From IMG/VR virus record IMGVR_UViG_3300044846_005229, positions 62,001 through 126,000 of that record: a stretch of 64,000 bases of DNA, one strand, 5' to 3'. A program made the translations under genes and the position numbers. The stretch's first letter is position 1. The number at the start of each line of letters is the position of its first letter. This document shows, one piece after another, positions 17,800 to 28,403 of the stretch. The notes under the pieces are model-generated. The model was not told the origin of the DNA, did not search any database, and was given only the letters and a program-made list of their open reading frames with translations.

Positions 17800-20370
17800 T
17801 CAGTTAGAAGTCCAAAGGCAAGTTTTGATGGCTTCCAAATAGTCGGAGGCTTCACCGCGTTTTACCATTTCAAGGGCTCTTTCATGGGGATCCATGTTTT
17901 CTAAGGTTGCTTCAAATGCTTTGTCTTCTGGTCCAACAATTTCCCCAAAATGCACCATGCTTGGCAGGCGATTTAAAATTCCAAAAAGTTTGGATGTTGG
18001 TGTTTCACCTTCAGAGAATTCCAAGGTCCCAAATTCTAAACCTTCGCAGAAACTTTGCAGTTCATCTTGCTGAATGATAGCATTGGTCAGTTTGCCGTCG
18101 CTATAAAGGTTCTCAACGTAGTGGGAAATCCTTTGTTTATGGGCATGAACTTTCTGCTCTTCGAATTCCTTCTTGAGCCTATCGTTTTCTTGCTTAAGGG
18201 CTTCGATCTCCCTGTAGATTTGGGCGGGGAACCCAGTCGGGCGGGCTTGACCTGCAGAACCCATTCCGCTATACTTAACTTCTTCTTCCCCGTCAGAACA
18301 AGCTCCCATGGAACCCTTGGGCTCCTTATAAGTCGAACCCTTGCCTGTTACAGTCATTGGGTCTTCCTCCTCCGCTGCCTTTTTACGGCGGGACATTTCA
18401 CCTTCAGCATGGTTGACGGATGCCTTCTCACCGGACTTCTGACGAACAACCCGGACCTTATCACTTTGGGTAGCATCCTTTAGGTCAACTGCCATGTCGA
18501 GATCATCCGGATCTTCCTCAGAGCGAGTTGGGAAATCAGTCGGGCCACCCTCGCGGCCACGGGGGGCTTTACCACTGGAAGTCTTGGCGGATTTCGGTTC
18601 TCGGACGACCCCCTCTTCATCAGGCTCACCACCTTCGGCATGGTCGGCAATTGGGCCACCTTTGAGTGGGGCTCTTTTGTCGCTAGATGATTGGTGAATG
18701 ACGCGAGAAGTTTTGTTACCTTTAACTGATTTGACATCTACTGCCATGTCGAGATTGTCGGGGTCTTCCTCAGAAAGGTTAGAAACTGGGGTAGGCCCTT
18801 CGCTGCGGCCATGGGGATCCTTCCCATCGGAAGTTCCAGGGCGTTGCTTCTCTGGGTACTTGGTGCTGGCATCGTCATACTGATCGTTGTTTCTATCTTT
18901 GGCCATAGTGTCTTGACCGGCCCAACGACCTTCCTGACTATTGTCACCATCTTCCTCTCTAGCAGTCTTGAGACGGTCCTCGTCTTGTTCGCTATTTTTT
19001 GCAGTCTTGAGACGGTCCTCGTCTTGTTCACCATCGCTGGTTACACCCTCGCGGTCTTCCTCTGGGGCTTTACCAGCCTTTTGACGGGCACCGTAGCTAT
19101 CATCTTTAGATCGGGCAGTAACTGAACGGCCAGTAACTTTATCTCCGGTTTCACCTTTGCGGGTACCAAAGGATACTTTCCCATTAGATGCGGTTTTGTG
19201 ACTAACTTCGTCGTACTCTAGTTCATTGTACTCTGAATCCTCGTCATCCATTTCCTCTTCGTCCATGTCCGCTTCGTCAACAGGTTGACTGGGGGCTTTC
19301 TTTTTCTTGGACTTGGAAACTTCCTTATGCTGAGAATCGATACCTTCCTCAAATACTTGCTCAACAACCTGAACTTCCTGGCCACCAGCCCCTTTAGAGA
19401 CACGGCGCTTAATGCCTTCTTCGAATTCGGTGTCTTGGCGCTCCGTCTCATCCTCAGGGGAGTCCATCATTCTGGACTTTTTGCCACATTCGGTAACTTC
19501 CTTGAATTCCCCGTCTTCTTCGGTATCATCAAGTTTGGCTTCGGGGGAAACTTTTGATTTGGACATTTTTGGCTTGTTTTCTGGTGCTTTGGTTTCTAGA
19601 TTGGCTACTTCTTGAGTAGACTCAGTGATTTCAGCGCCTTCGCGCCCCAAGTTCTTTTTCATTTCAGAGAATTGCTGATTAGGGTTATCGGGGTTGGCGT
19701 TTTGATCCGCCGAATTTGTGGTTTCAGGTTGTTGGCCTTGGCCGACATCTGGTTCTGTTTGTTGGTCCTGGTTTTGTTCTAGTTGCTGTAGGGACTGATT
19801 GACTTCACTTTTGACTTCATCTAGTCTTTCTTTTAGCATTTCTAGGGGACTTTTTTCTATAAGCAGCGTCGGTCCTAAGTCCTTATCAAAAATTTGGTCA
19901 GGGGACAAGGCTACTGCAAAGTCGAAAACTCCCTCTTCTTCGCTGAAAGAGAATGGCTCCAAGCCTTTCACAGCTGGGGGTGCAGCTCCGAGTAATGCCA
20001 AATGCCTTGCACTCCACTTGCCTTTGTGTGGGTTAATGGGGGAATCGGGGGAATAGAAGGAAATGGAAACTTTCCTATAATGACCACCTCTAACTAAGTC
20101 CTTAGCTACATCCGTAAATTCTACATCTGCATATAAGTCATCACCCTTTTGAGAGAATCCTTTAATCCACCCGTAAGCAGGTACGCTGTCGTTATCTCCA
20201 GAGTGGCCAATTACAAGGGGGGCTGAATGGACTTTGGGGTCATATGAGTTTGCAACTTCCTTAAGGTCGTCAGCAGAGAAGTTTCTCTGCACACCCTGTG
20301 CGCTAGTTTGGGGGCCAGCTTTAAATACGTGGACTTTTTTTGAGAACACTTTTTTATCGGATTTACTCAT
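17800..20370 (-). CDS. Mu-like prohead protease/scaffold with long acidic insertion
   Basis: VFKAG, APLVIGH, PAYGWI, YRKVSISFY and RHLALLGAAPPAVKGL motifs; C-terminal coiled coil and LPSMVHFGE. Confidence 0.85.
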   Translation of the reverse strand: MSKSDKKVFSKKVHVFKAGPQTSAQGVQRNFSADDLKEVANSYDPKVHSAPLVIGHSGDNDSVPAYGWIKGFSQKGDDLYADVEFTDVAKDLVRGGHYRKVSISFYSPDSPINPHKGKWSARHLALLGAAPPAVKGLEPFSFSEEEGVFDFAVALSPDQIFDKDLGPTLLIEKSPLEMLKERLDEVKSEVNQSLQQLEQNQDQQTEPDVGQGQQPETTNSADQNANPDNPNQQFSEMKKNLGREGAEITESTQEVANLETKAPENKPKMSKSKVSPEAKLDDTEEDGEFKEVTECGKKSRMMDSPEDETERQDTEFEEGIKRRVSKGAGGQEVQVVEQVFEEGIDSQHKEVSKSKKKKAPSQPVDEADMDEEEMDDEDSEYNELEYDEVSHKTASNGKVSFGTRKGETGDKVTGRSVTARSKDDSYGARQKAGKAPEEDREGVTSDGEQDEDRLKTAKNSEQDEDRLKTAREEDGDNSQEGRWAGQDTMAKDRNNDQYDDASTKYPEKQRPGTSDGKDPHGRSEGPTPVSNLSEEDPDNLDMAVDVKSVKGNKTSRVIHQSSSDKRAPLKGGPIADHAEGGEPDEEGVVREPKSAKTSSGKAPRGREGGPTDFPTRSEEDPDDLDMAVDLKDATQSDKVRVVRQKSGEKASVNHAEGEMSRRKKAAEEEDPMTVTGKGSTYKEPKGSMGACSDGEEEVKYSGMGSAGQARPTGFPAQIYREIEALKQENDRLKKEFEEQKVHAHKQRISHYVENLYSDGKLTNAIIQQDELQSFCEGLEFGTLEFSEGETPTSKLFGILNRLPSMVHFGEIVGPEDKAFEATLENMDPHERALEMVKRGEASDYLEAIKTCLWTSN
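18962..19029. repeat. 29-nt direct repeat (EQDEDRLKTA x2) in protease/scaffold
   Basis: gcagtcttgagacggtcctcgtcttgttc at 18962 and 19001. Confidence 0.85.
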
Positions 20371-20372
20371 GC

Positions 20373-22190
20373 TTATTTTTTACCCTTGACCTTGTTTTCC
20401 ATCTCTGATATTATAGAGTCTAATTCTCCATCGGAAATTCCACTTGTGGATTCGGCCTCATTTGACCCTTCCTCGGGGAGTTCCCCCGGTTCGGATTCCC
20501 CTGGTTCTTCAGCCAATGCAGAGTCTAAATCGGATAGTAAGGAGTCTAACTCTTTGTTGGCTTTGCTATTTTTCTTTTTTGGTTGCTTTTCTACAGGGGG
20601 TTGCTTTGTTGGAGTTTCTTCATTCGGAGTCGTCTCATCCGGGGTCTCTTCAGTTGGGGTCATCTCAACCGGAGCCTCTTCATCCAGGGTTTCTTCAGTC
20701 GGGGTCGTATCATCCGGGGTTTCTTCACCCTGAATTCCCTCATCCGGGGCCCCTTCATCTGGGGCCACCTCGTCCGGAGTCATCTCAGCCGGACCCCCTT
20801 CAGTAGGGGGAACCTCTGGGACTTCGCCCTCAGTGGTAGATCCTGGGACCCCTTCAGCATCCCCACCCGAACCATCATCAGGGCCAAAAATTGACTCATA
20901 TAGGTTCTTATCCTTTTCAGGGTCAAACGTAGTTTCACCTTCGCTACCCTGTTGGCCCTCAGCAGATTTAGCCTCATCTTCCAGATCAACTCTAAAGTGT
21001 CTCTCAATCCATTCTCTACGGGGTTTGAAACCATTTTGAATCAATAGGGAAACATCAGCGGGTGTCAGTTGGGACTCCTCAATTCTGAACTCCCTAGTTA
21101 AAGTCGGAGATGCAACATCAGCACCGAAATTTAAATCTACAATCCACCTTACCAAAGTTTGAGTTAGTTGATGACAGATCATTTCTGATATCTCAGATGC
21201 CCTCACCACTCGAACTACGTTGGCAACCATTGACGAAGCCCTGGAACCAGACTCAGCCTGCCCAGCTTCATTTTCACCGCAAATCAGAAGGCTAATGACT
21301 TTATCTAGGTAGTCAATCAAGCCTTTAAATACATCGGGGCTACCTTCAGGGTTTATAAAATCCAATACGAACCCTTCAGGTAAAACCATCGCGGTCTCTT
21401 GGGATAAATTTGAGATCATCCCATAAATATTATCGATTTCGGCTGTTGATGCACTTAGGGGGGCAGTTGCTACGGTAGTCGGGGTTGCATATCTATCACC
21501 ATAGAGAACATAAGACTCTAATGCCCTCCTCCTAAACTTCACCAGGGGGTATAAAATACGACCAATCGAAGAACCATAGGGATCCCCATTATGCTGAGTC
21601 CAGTACCTATTGATGATGAATTTACGCGCAGGTAGCTCGATACCTTCAAACATCCTGTTGAATGTCAAGCAACGCATTGTAAAACCTGTTTGAGAATCCT
21701 CAGCTTCTTGGAAGACAAATCGGCGCTGGTCTCTAACTCGAACATCAAATGGGATGACACCCCGCTTGGTTTTTTTCCACATTACTTCCGCAACACTGAA
21801 ACCAACGATTAAGGCTTCGGCTAAGCCTTTGAAAATATCGTCTATTGGCAACTCTTCTAAAACTTCAGCTACAAAGTCCCTGACGGCTAAGTCTCCGGGT
21901 TTATCGCTGTATTCCTGAATATACCATGGCCTAGACGTAACTTCCTGGAGCAACTTAGAGTAAGAACCCTGGACTTGTTCATCCAATAGCAACCTTTGGT
22001 AAGTTGATAATGCGCGATTACCCCCCTTTTGGATTAGTAGATCGTCATTAGGGCGAACAATGCTGGAACCAGTCCCCGTAAAAGGAGAGCTGGAACCAAA
22101 CATGTAAATAGAACTAAGCGCATACGGGTTACTGATGTACGAGCTTATTTCACCGGTTGGGACAGGCGAGGTCTTAAATCTTTTGGCCAT
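20373..22190 (-). CDS. Portal protein (DUF935 / Mu gp29-like) with acidic tail
   Basis: GFSVAEVMW, DPYGSSIGRILY, DRYATP, ISLLICG, SRAS and TLVRWIVDLNFG motifs. Confidence 0.88.
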   Translation of the reverse strand: MAKRFKTSPVPTGEISSYISNPYALSSIYMFGSSSPFTGTGSSIVRPNDDLLIQKGGNRALSTYQRLLLDEQVQGSYSKLLQEVTSRPWYIQEYSDKPGDLAVRDFVAEVLEELPIDDIFKGLAEALIVGFSVAEVMWKKTKRGVIPFDVRVRDQRRFVFQEAEDSQTGFTMRCLTFNRMFEGIELPARKFIINRYWTQHNGDPYGSSIGRILYPLVKFRRRALESYVLYGDRYATPTTVATAPLSASTAEIDNIYGMISNLSQETAMVLPEGFVLDFINPEGSPDVFKGLIDYLDKVISLLICGENEAGQAESGSRASSMVANVVRVVRASEISEMICHQLTQTLVRWIVDLNFGADVASPTLTREFRIEESQLTPADVSLLIQNGFKPRREWIERHFRVDLEDEAKSAEGQQGSEGETTFDPEKDKNLYESIFGPDDGSGGDAEGVPGSTTEGEVPEVPPTEGGPAEMTPDEVAPDEGAPDEGIQGEETPDDTTPTEETLDEEAPVEMTPTEETPDETTPNEETPTKQPPVEKQPKKKNSKANKELDSLLSDLDSALAEEPGESEPGELPEEGSNEAESTSGISDGELDSIISEMENKVKGKK

Positions 22191-22266
22191 TGCCTTCCCC
22201 CTTGTTGATATGATGTTTGACCAAGCTACTAAATGTTATGCTGTAGAGGTTTTACCCCGTGGAAAC

Positions 22267-22644
22267 TTAGTTTCCAAGGGAGAATTGAACAGGAGGTTGA
22301 GGTATGTTATTGACGGCGTAAGTAATGGCCACTAAATAAACACCGTCGTCCCCCCTGGTTACCCAGTCCCCATTAACAGAGAGGGAAGTTAAACCTGAAA
22401 CCTGTGATGATATTGAAGTTTGAAACTCTGAATTAATTTGCCCAGGGTCCATTACATCTAGAGTATGGTCACCAACCCCATAATCAGCTCTCATCACCCT
22501 TTCGAAAAATCTCGTCTCTACTACACTTCTGATCTCTTGAGATTTCAATTCAAAATCAGTACTTGTAGCTAAATTACCATTCTTAATTCTTAAAGGGTAA
22601 GCTATGCCCCTTACAGTGGGGTATGTCGGTTGCGGCACACTCAT
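22267..22644 (-). CDS. Baseplate wedge protein gp25/gpW-like
   Basis: GIAYPL...ETRFFERVMRADYG motif. Confidence 0.8.
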   Translation of the reverse strand: MSVPQPTYPTVRGIAYPLRIKNGNLATSTDFELKSQEIRSVVETRFFERVMRADYGVGDHTLDVMDPGQINSEFQTSISSQVSGLTSLSVNGDWVTRGDDGVYLVAITYAVNNIPQPPVQFSLGN

Positions 22645-22925
22645 CTATAACACCTTAGAATTTGAAGCTCTAATTGTCTTACCCTCCTTTTTATCTCCTC
22701 CGTAGGTAAGTCACTTCCCATGACTTTCTTCATTTCTACCCTAATTAGACCATTCGGCAAAGACCCATACAGTGATGGATCAGTCAGTTGTTCTGAAACT
22801 CTTTGATTGTCGCTATCTAGCATATAGAGGCAGAATGCTTCTAATGAAACACCCTGCCCCTTAGCTTCTTGCTCTAGCTTAGAAAAAAGAGAGTCAGGAA
22901 TCTGTAGCTTTAATTCCTTGTTCAT
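22641..22925 (-). CDS. Ribbon-helix-helix-like small protein
   Basis: LKLQIPDSLFSKLEQEAKGQGVSLE RHH pattern. Confidence 0.55.
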   Translation of the reverse strand: MNKELKLQIPDSLFSKLEQEAKGQGVSLEAFCLYMLDSDNQRVSEQLTDPSLYGSLPNGLIRVEMKKVMGSDLPTEEIKRRVRQLELQILRCYR

Positions 22926-22940
22926 TGACCCTCTTGTAGG

Positions 22941-25900
22941 TTAACCTAAGCCCCTTGATTGAAGTTCATTGCTCATTTGACCAATGGAAACTCTAATCAA
23001 TCCAACATCGATTCTTTCCATTGTTGGGACAGGGACATCATAGACTTGGACATTGACGATTCCGTTTTCCAGATCTTCGACCCTGTTGATCCTTTCGTCG
23101 CAGATGACTTGGAAAGCATCCGAAGGCTTAGCGCCATAAAGAGCACCTTCGTTGTAAAGTTGACCCATGACGCTGTTGCCAATGGTGACAATCTGGTTGA
23201 AGATAACTCCAAAGCCATCAATTACTGAGAAGATTTGATTATCAAATACCCTGCGGAGCGAACCATAAACAACGTTTTGAATGACGCGGGTGTTGACAAA
23301 TTGGTACTTACGTTGTTCAGGGATAGCAGGGTTAATCCTAGTTCTTCCACCCCAGATGAAAATCGCAGAAGAAGCATAACCAGGAAGAGTCCTAGCAACG
23401 TTGCAACCCCTGGGGTTTAACAGGTTCTGTTGAGCAGAGTTGACAGAAAGTTGGGCGCTAATAGCATCGACAAGTTGATACTTAGTGCCAGCTGGAGGGA
23501 ATTGGAACCCCTCTGAACGATAACGCCTTAGTGCAACTCCGGCCACATACGGGGAGAGAGGAATGTACTGACCCGCTGAATTAAGGATGTGTGGGCCATA
23601 GTAGGCAATAAATCCAAAAGCGTTAAAGTAGCGTTGGCTATCCTCTAGCAAGCGTGCTACATTATCGACACCGGCCTCTATGAATACCGCCTCTGGTTCA
23701 CCTGAATTTCCCACCCCACGTAAAGCATCATCGATAATCTCAGTGGATGTAATGGCATCAAAGTTCCACAAATTGGTTAATGGTGTTTGCTCTTCGGTTA
23801 ATACAAGTTCGACTTGTGAGCCATGGCACACATGGCCAACCGAAGTAAGATCACCACCAAGGCTATTAGCAGGGACCACAACCCAGTCGTAACTGCCCCC
23901 GTTAAGCACTACAGCAATCCGGTCACCCACTTTAACTGCAGTCATACCGTCTGGTGCCACAGAGTTTGTTGGTGCCGAGGTCACTTGGAAGTAGACACCA
24001 CCCAAATGGCTGATAGAAGACTGAATGTTAATGCCTGTGCTGGAAACGGCTAGTCCGCAAGCTACCGCATAAGGAGAAGCTACATCAAGAAGTCCTGTGC
24101 CAGCGGTGGTATTAGCCCCGTAGTCGCCACCGTAGATGGCGTCAATGGCTGGAACTATGAAGGCCTGGGAGGTAAAGTTTTGGTCTGTAGTCGGGGTGCA
24201 AATATAGTTTTGAGTTGAACTCTGCGTTGCACCCGGATTAACTAAAGCCAGGGTAGGCAGCCATCCAGCAGATGTGGTTTCACCATAGGGGAAAATCAAC
24301 TCCTCACCAAGGATCTTGGAACTCCTATTAAGATACATGGACACAGTTGGGTTGCCAGCTCCGGGGGCTGGTGCCACCGATGCGTCAGCAGCCTGGCTTG
24401 CGATAATACCGCTGTTTAAACCATATTTCCGAGCCCTAATTAGGGGGATAGTGGTTAGTTCGGCCAAATTAACAGAAGTCAAGTTACCACCCAGTACCCC
24501 GGAGTACAAAATGGTGGGCTTTGTGGAAATAGAGCCAGATGGGAAAGTAATGTATGAGCCAGACAAATACCCCGTATAGCTAGATGCTAGCAGGATGGTA
24601 TCATTATCAATGACCTTGGCAAAGTAAGGATTAATGGAGTTAGCAGTAGTTGCCTTTAGCAAAGTCGTGGTGCCAGCCAAAACAGCTTGCGTGAAGAAGA
24701 CTTTTTGACCATTGACTAGACCATGCTTATTGATGTCTAGTGACGCATGAGCAGTAGTACTACCGGTCATGGTATAAGAATTGATACCCTCAGAAGGGTC
24801 AAACAAAGTCCTTGAGATGAAATTCAGCCTATAATCTCTGGTTGAATCCTGAAGGGTTGCAGGAAGGTGCAATGTATTAACTCCCTTTGTTTCCCCTGTG
24901 ATATTTTGAACCAGGTTAGAGGTTTGCCCCTGAATTTCAACAGGCCAATTCCAGTCAGGTGTGCCGTAAGTGACGACCGCTGTAGATCCGGTTGGGGTGT
25001 TAACTACATAAGCTCCATTTGCTGCAGCTACACCGTTAGCTACAAGGTCAGTGCCCCCAGCAGCCATAACCGCTGTCAACACTGCAGTAGCTTCAGATGC
25101 TGTTTCTGTGATGTAGACATATTGAGTGCTGCTATTAGAAGGATAAGCACAGAACAGATTCTCATCATATGGGGGTGCTACGATATAGACAGTAGCTGAA
25201 GTCTCACCCATGCCAAACAATCCACCGAAGTCCGCACCAGCGTTGCTGATGGTTACCTCTTGAATCTCTTTCCCAACTGGCCAAACAGCACCATCAACAA
25301 CGAAAATGCCATTCTGGGCCAAACCAGAAACAGACTCCAATGCAAAGACAGCTGGGTCTAAAATGCCAACCTTCTCACCAGCAGCTACAGTTGCTGTAGA
25401 TTGCAGTACTGCGACCTTTGGGCTATGGCCAGGGATCATAGATTGGTATGGCAAACGTCTGTAAGTAACGTCATTGCCGATCCATTCGTAAATGGTATTA
25501 TCAACCAAATACTTCAAGCCCATTACCAAATCTTCGGCGGGCTGATGTGGGATGTAGTTTTTATATTTATTGATATCTGTGACTAAGAACGAGCCTCCGT
25601 CTGCCAAAGCCAGCCACTTAAAGTTACCATCTTCGCAATGGGCAGCAGCAGCAGCTCCCACGGCAGTTCTACCTGCAGCATCAAACTGTGCATATGCAGT
25701 GGGCGATAGCAGATATCCCTGGTCTTGTTGTCCGTCAAATGCAGTTCTGATGCACTGAACATAGTCTTGAGGGACCCTTTCCAGGCTAGTCTGGGCACAA
25801 TCAATAGTTCCGACCACATAGCAATCGGTCATTAAGATTTTAGCAGCGCCTACAATGAATTGTTCAGGTACTACTTGGATAGTCCCGTCAAAAGTTGTAG

Positions 25901-26591
25901 CTGCCAGGACTGCAAATCCGCTTTCTGAATTTGTCTCAGGGCAAAGGGTATTTACTAGGCCCGACTCCCTGACATAGGCGGAACTGCTAATGCTAGGATT
26001 AGACTCAATTGCAGCAGCAAATGCGTTGACGATTGCAGATGAAATCTTACGGTTATTTACTTCGTCTCCAACGATATAACTAACGGGGATAGTAACGGGG
26101 ACACCAAGCCACTCGCCATTGGCAGTATAACCAGTGGAACCGTCTCCAGCCACTAGCTTTTGGCCATTAAGGGTCATTTGGATATACACCTGGTCACCAG
26201 CTTCAAGCTGGGAAGGTAGTCCAGTGGAATTGATTTTGGTGCCAGAAGGTAGAAACTCGATTTCAGCAATCTGAGTTGGTGTTCCTACTCTGACGACACG
26301 AACGTCCCCAACTTGTTGGGCATTTAGGAAAAGTTCATTTACACAATTATAGCTAAGAAGGGGGATTTTCTCGGTGGGGACCCCTCCTACTAAGGCCCTA
26401 TAGTCATTCAGAGAAGTGATGACGACAGGGGCATTAAACGGAAAGCGACTTACTGGGACAGTATCCTCAGTTTCTACCAACATGTAAGCGGTGTTAAATG
26501 TTGCGATTGGCGCGGCTGTAATATTGCCAGCGACTTCGTTTATGAATGTACCAGGGGCCCCAGGAGTGGTGCCAAAAGAGAAAGTTGCCAT
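22941..26591 (-). CDS. Contractile tail sheath protein (1216 aa, large insertion)
   Basis: N-terminal PGTFINE; C-terminal AYYGP, FPPAG, LNPRGCN, IWGGRT, FVNTR, AFQVICDERIN and PTMERI. Confidence 0.9.
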   Translation of the reverse strand: MATFSFGTTPGAPGTFINEVAGNITAAPIATFNTAYMLVETEDTVPVSRFPFNAPVVITSLNDYRALVGGVPTEKIPLLSYNCVNELFLNAQQVGDVRVVRVGTPTQIAEIEFLPSGTKINSTGLPSQLEAGDQVYIQMTLNGQKLVAGDGSTGYTANGEWLGVPVTIPVSYIVGDEVNNRKISSAIVNAFAAAIESNPSISSSAYVRESGLVNTLCPETNSESGFAVLAATTFDGTIQVVPEQFIVGAAKILMTDCYVVGTIDCAQTSLERVPQDYVQCIRTAFDGQQDQGYLLSPTAYAQFDAAGRTAVGAAAAAHCEDGNFKWLALADGGSFLVTDINKYKNYIPHQPAEDLVMGLKYLVDNTIYEWIGNDVTYRRLPYQSMIPGHSPKVAVLQSTATVAAGEKVGILDPAVFALESVSGLAQNGIFVVDGAVWPVGKEIQEVTISNAGADFGGLFGMGETSATVYIVAPPYDENLFCAYPSNSSTQYVYITETASEATAVLTAVMAAGGTDLVANGVAAANGAYVVNTPTGSTAVVTYGTPDWNWPVEIQGQTSNLVQNITGETKGVNTLHLPATLQDSTRDYRLNFISRTLFDPSEGINSYTMTGSTTAHASLDINKHGLVNGQKVFFTQAVLAGTTTLLKATTANSINPYFAKVIDNDTILLASSYTGYLSGSYITFPSGSISTKPTILYSGVLGGNLTSVNLAELTTIPLIRARKYGLNSGIIASQAADASVAPAPGAGNPTVSMYLNRSSKILGEELIFPYGETTSAGWLPTLALVNPGATQSSTQNYICTPTTDQNFTSQAFIVPAIDAIYGGDYGANTTAGTGLLDVASPYAVACGLAVSSTGINIQSSISHLGGVYFQVTSAPTNSVAPDGMTAVKVGDRIAVVLNGGSYDWVVVPANSLGGDLTSVGHVCHGSQVELVLTEEQTPLTNLWNFDAITSTEIIDDALRGVGNSGEPEAVFIEAGVDNVARLLEDSQRYFNAFGFIAYYGPHILNSAGQYIPLSPYVAGVALRRYRSEGFQFPPAGTKYQLVDAISAQLSVNSAQQNLLNPRGCNVARTLPGYASSAIFIWGGRTRINPAIPEQRKYQFVNTRVIQNVVYGSLRRVFDNQIFSVIDGFGVIFNQIVTIGNSVMGQLYNEGALYGAKPSDAFQVICDERINRVEDLENGIVNVQVYDVPVPTMERIDVGLIRVSIGQMSNELQSRGLG

Positions 26592-26764
26592 TTTATATTT
26601 AGTATTCCCCCTTTACCTAACCCTCGTACCGGCGGGGATAACTCCGGTGGTGGTGCCCGTAGGCCAAGGATTGTTTATGGACAATTAATATTTACCCACC
26701 ATTGAATCGACATCCTTTCCGGCCTGAATGGTGATGCCCCCAGCCAAAGATTAGAGGTTTTATC

Positions 26765-27130
26765 CTATTGGTTGCCAGTATCGGAATGAACACTAGCGGC
26801 TGACCAACCGTTGTTTCTTTCTACATCTCTTAAAGACAATCTGGTGTATCTCGATAGGGACTCAGCGTAAGACTCTTGAGAAGTGAAAGGGAAGAAGTCT
26901 CCAACAGAGTTTGTAACGGATGACAGTACAGGGGATTGTTGCGTCAATCCTACAGACATAGCTGGCCCCGAAACACTACCTGGGTTAAGAATTGTCCCTA
27001 AAGGGGGATTTTTTACTACGGACCATGTGGGGTTATTCTCCAGAACCTCCCTATATGAGAGGGAGTTTGAGTATAGAGCAAAACCTAGCCTCCCCCAGGT
27101 TGAACCAGATTGAAAAACTAGGTTTGCCAT
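26765..27130 (-). CDS. Putative gpX/LysM-like baseplate protein
   Basis: G.TW..L...LY.....YREVLENNP pattern. Confidence 0.5.
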   Translation of the reverse strand: MANLVFQSGSTWGRLGFALYSNSLSYREVLENNPTWSVVKNPPLGTILNPGSVSGPAMSVGLTQQSPVLSSVTNSVGDFFPFTSQESYAESLSRYTRLSLRDVERNNGWSAASVHSDTGNQ

Positions 27131-27133
27131 CTA

Positions 27134-27583
27134 TCAGGTTCCTCTTTTTGCTTTTGCCATCAGGCGGGCACCAACTTCAGTACCACGAGTTAGGGGGAAG
27201 CCATTATCCCTAGAAACTTCCTTAACCTCATTATTAAGTTGACTGGAAGGTACAAATGGGTCTACTTCCGGGGAGTTTAACCTGTTGGAAAGTTTCTCTT
27301 GGATAGACGCCTCGATAGACTCCTTAGTAGGTTTATCCTTAATGGCGGTGCTCTCTGCTGTTTTAAGGTCGATGACAGAGGGTTCGTGTGATTCGTATGA
27401 TTCGGACCCTAAACCATGGGTTTCTGTGGGCTCTGGCGCCATGGCTACGGGGGGCTCAGGGGTTTCTGAATTGGGTGTAATTTCAGCAGCTGGATTTTCT
27501 TTCCAGGCTTCATTTACGTCGGGAGTAGTTGGGTTATCGCCAACAAATTTACCGAGGGGATCTTTAGCGCGTTGTCTTGTCAT
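27134..27583 (-). CDS. Hypothetical protein
   Basis: 149-aa ORF in the structural operon. Confidence 0.5.
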   Translation of the reverse strand: MTRQRAKDPLGKFVGDNPTTPDVNEAWKENPAAEITPNSETPEPPVAMAPEPTETHGLGSESYESHEPSVIDLKTAESTAIKDKPTKESIEASIQEKLSNRLNSPEVDPFVPSSQLNNEVKEVSRDNGFPLTRGTEVGARLMAKAKRGT

Positions 27584-27585
27584 GG

Positions 27586-27996
27586 TTATTTAAGAATGTG
27601 TTTCCAGGCAATGTCAGATAGTTTGTCAAGGGAGCTATCTGGTACTCCCATCCATGGGCGGGCGGGCATTTTTTCAGTCCCAAATTGGTTGAACACCCCC
27701 CACGGAGTCGTATCGACTAAGAATCTATTACCCCAAGGTTTAATAGTAGCCGAGTCTTGCATTTCGCCAGTCTGCCTCAAGATTGGGCCAGCTCCAAACC
27801 CACTGGAAATTCTTTTCTTTATAGTGTTGGGGCTTAATTTAATCCATGGTCTCCCTTCGGGGTCTACTTGAGACGGCCAGTTAACCTTATTATCATCTAG
27901 AAGGGCAGGGGCCCATTCCACTTTGGCCGGACCCCACCACCCTAATTTAAAGGGTTGCATAGAACCCGGTTCCTTTAGGGTGACTTTAATTTTCAT
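27586..27996 (-). CDS. Virion morphogenesis / tail completion protein (Mu gpG, P2 gpS-like)
   Basis: DPEGRPW..LSP.T, ILRQTG and QFGT.KMPARPWMG motifs. Confidence 0.8.
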   Translation of the reverse strand: MKIKVTLKEPGSMQPFKLGWWGPAKVEWAPALLDDNKVNWPSQVDPEGRPWIKLSPNTIKKRISSGFGAGPILRQTGEMQDSATIKPWGNRFLVDTTPWGVFNQFGTEKMPARPWMGVPDSSLDKLSDIAWKHILK

Positions 27997-28403
27997 TTCT
28001 TTTTCGTTAGGCTCTCTTGTTCTTCGGCATATTTTTTATTAACTTCAATCATGGCTCTAATTTTACTCATAGGTTGAGTTTCCAACCAATCGATAGATGA
28101 ATCCCACCGTTGTTTGCATAAATGGAACGCGACTTCAAGCCAATTTTCCACTGACAGGATATTCTCTTGGAAGATAGTCGTCACTGCCCAGTCAATTAAT
28201 ACTTTGAAAATTTTAGACGGGGTTTCATCGATGGCGTCGGTATTTAAGATCACCCTTAGAAGAAGCGGCAGGAAGCTCTTCTCACCATTTCTGAGGATTT
28301 GTGCCTTATAGAAGTCTTTGGGGGTTATCTCCCTAAGGTGAAATGGCCCCCACCCGTCTATAGTTACAAGATATGAAAAGTCATCTTGATCCTCAATTAA
28401 GAT
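27993..28403 (-). CDS. Tail assembly chaperone -1 frameshift extension
   Basis: The -1 frame is open from CCCAAAA (28403-28409) to the stop at 27993 and contains HLREITPKDFY, which resembles the first domain. Confidence 0.65.
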   Translation of the reverse strand: MLIEDQDDFSYLVTIDGWGPFHLREITPKDFYKAQILRNGEKSFLPLLLRVILNTDAIDETPSKIFKVLIDWAVTTIFQENILSVENWLEVAFHLCKQRWDSSIDWLETQPMSKIRAMIEVNKKYAEEQESLTKKK

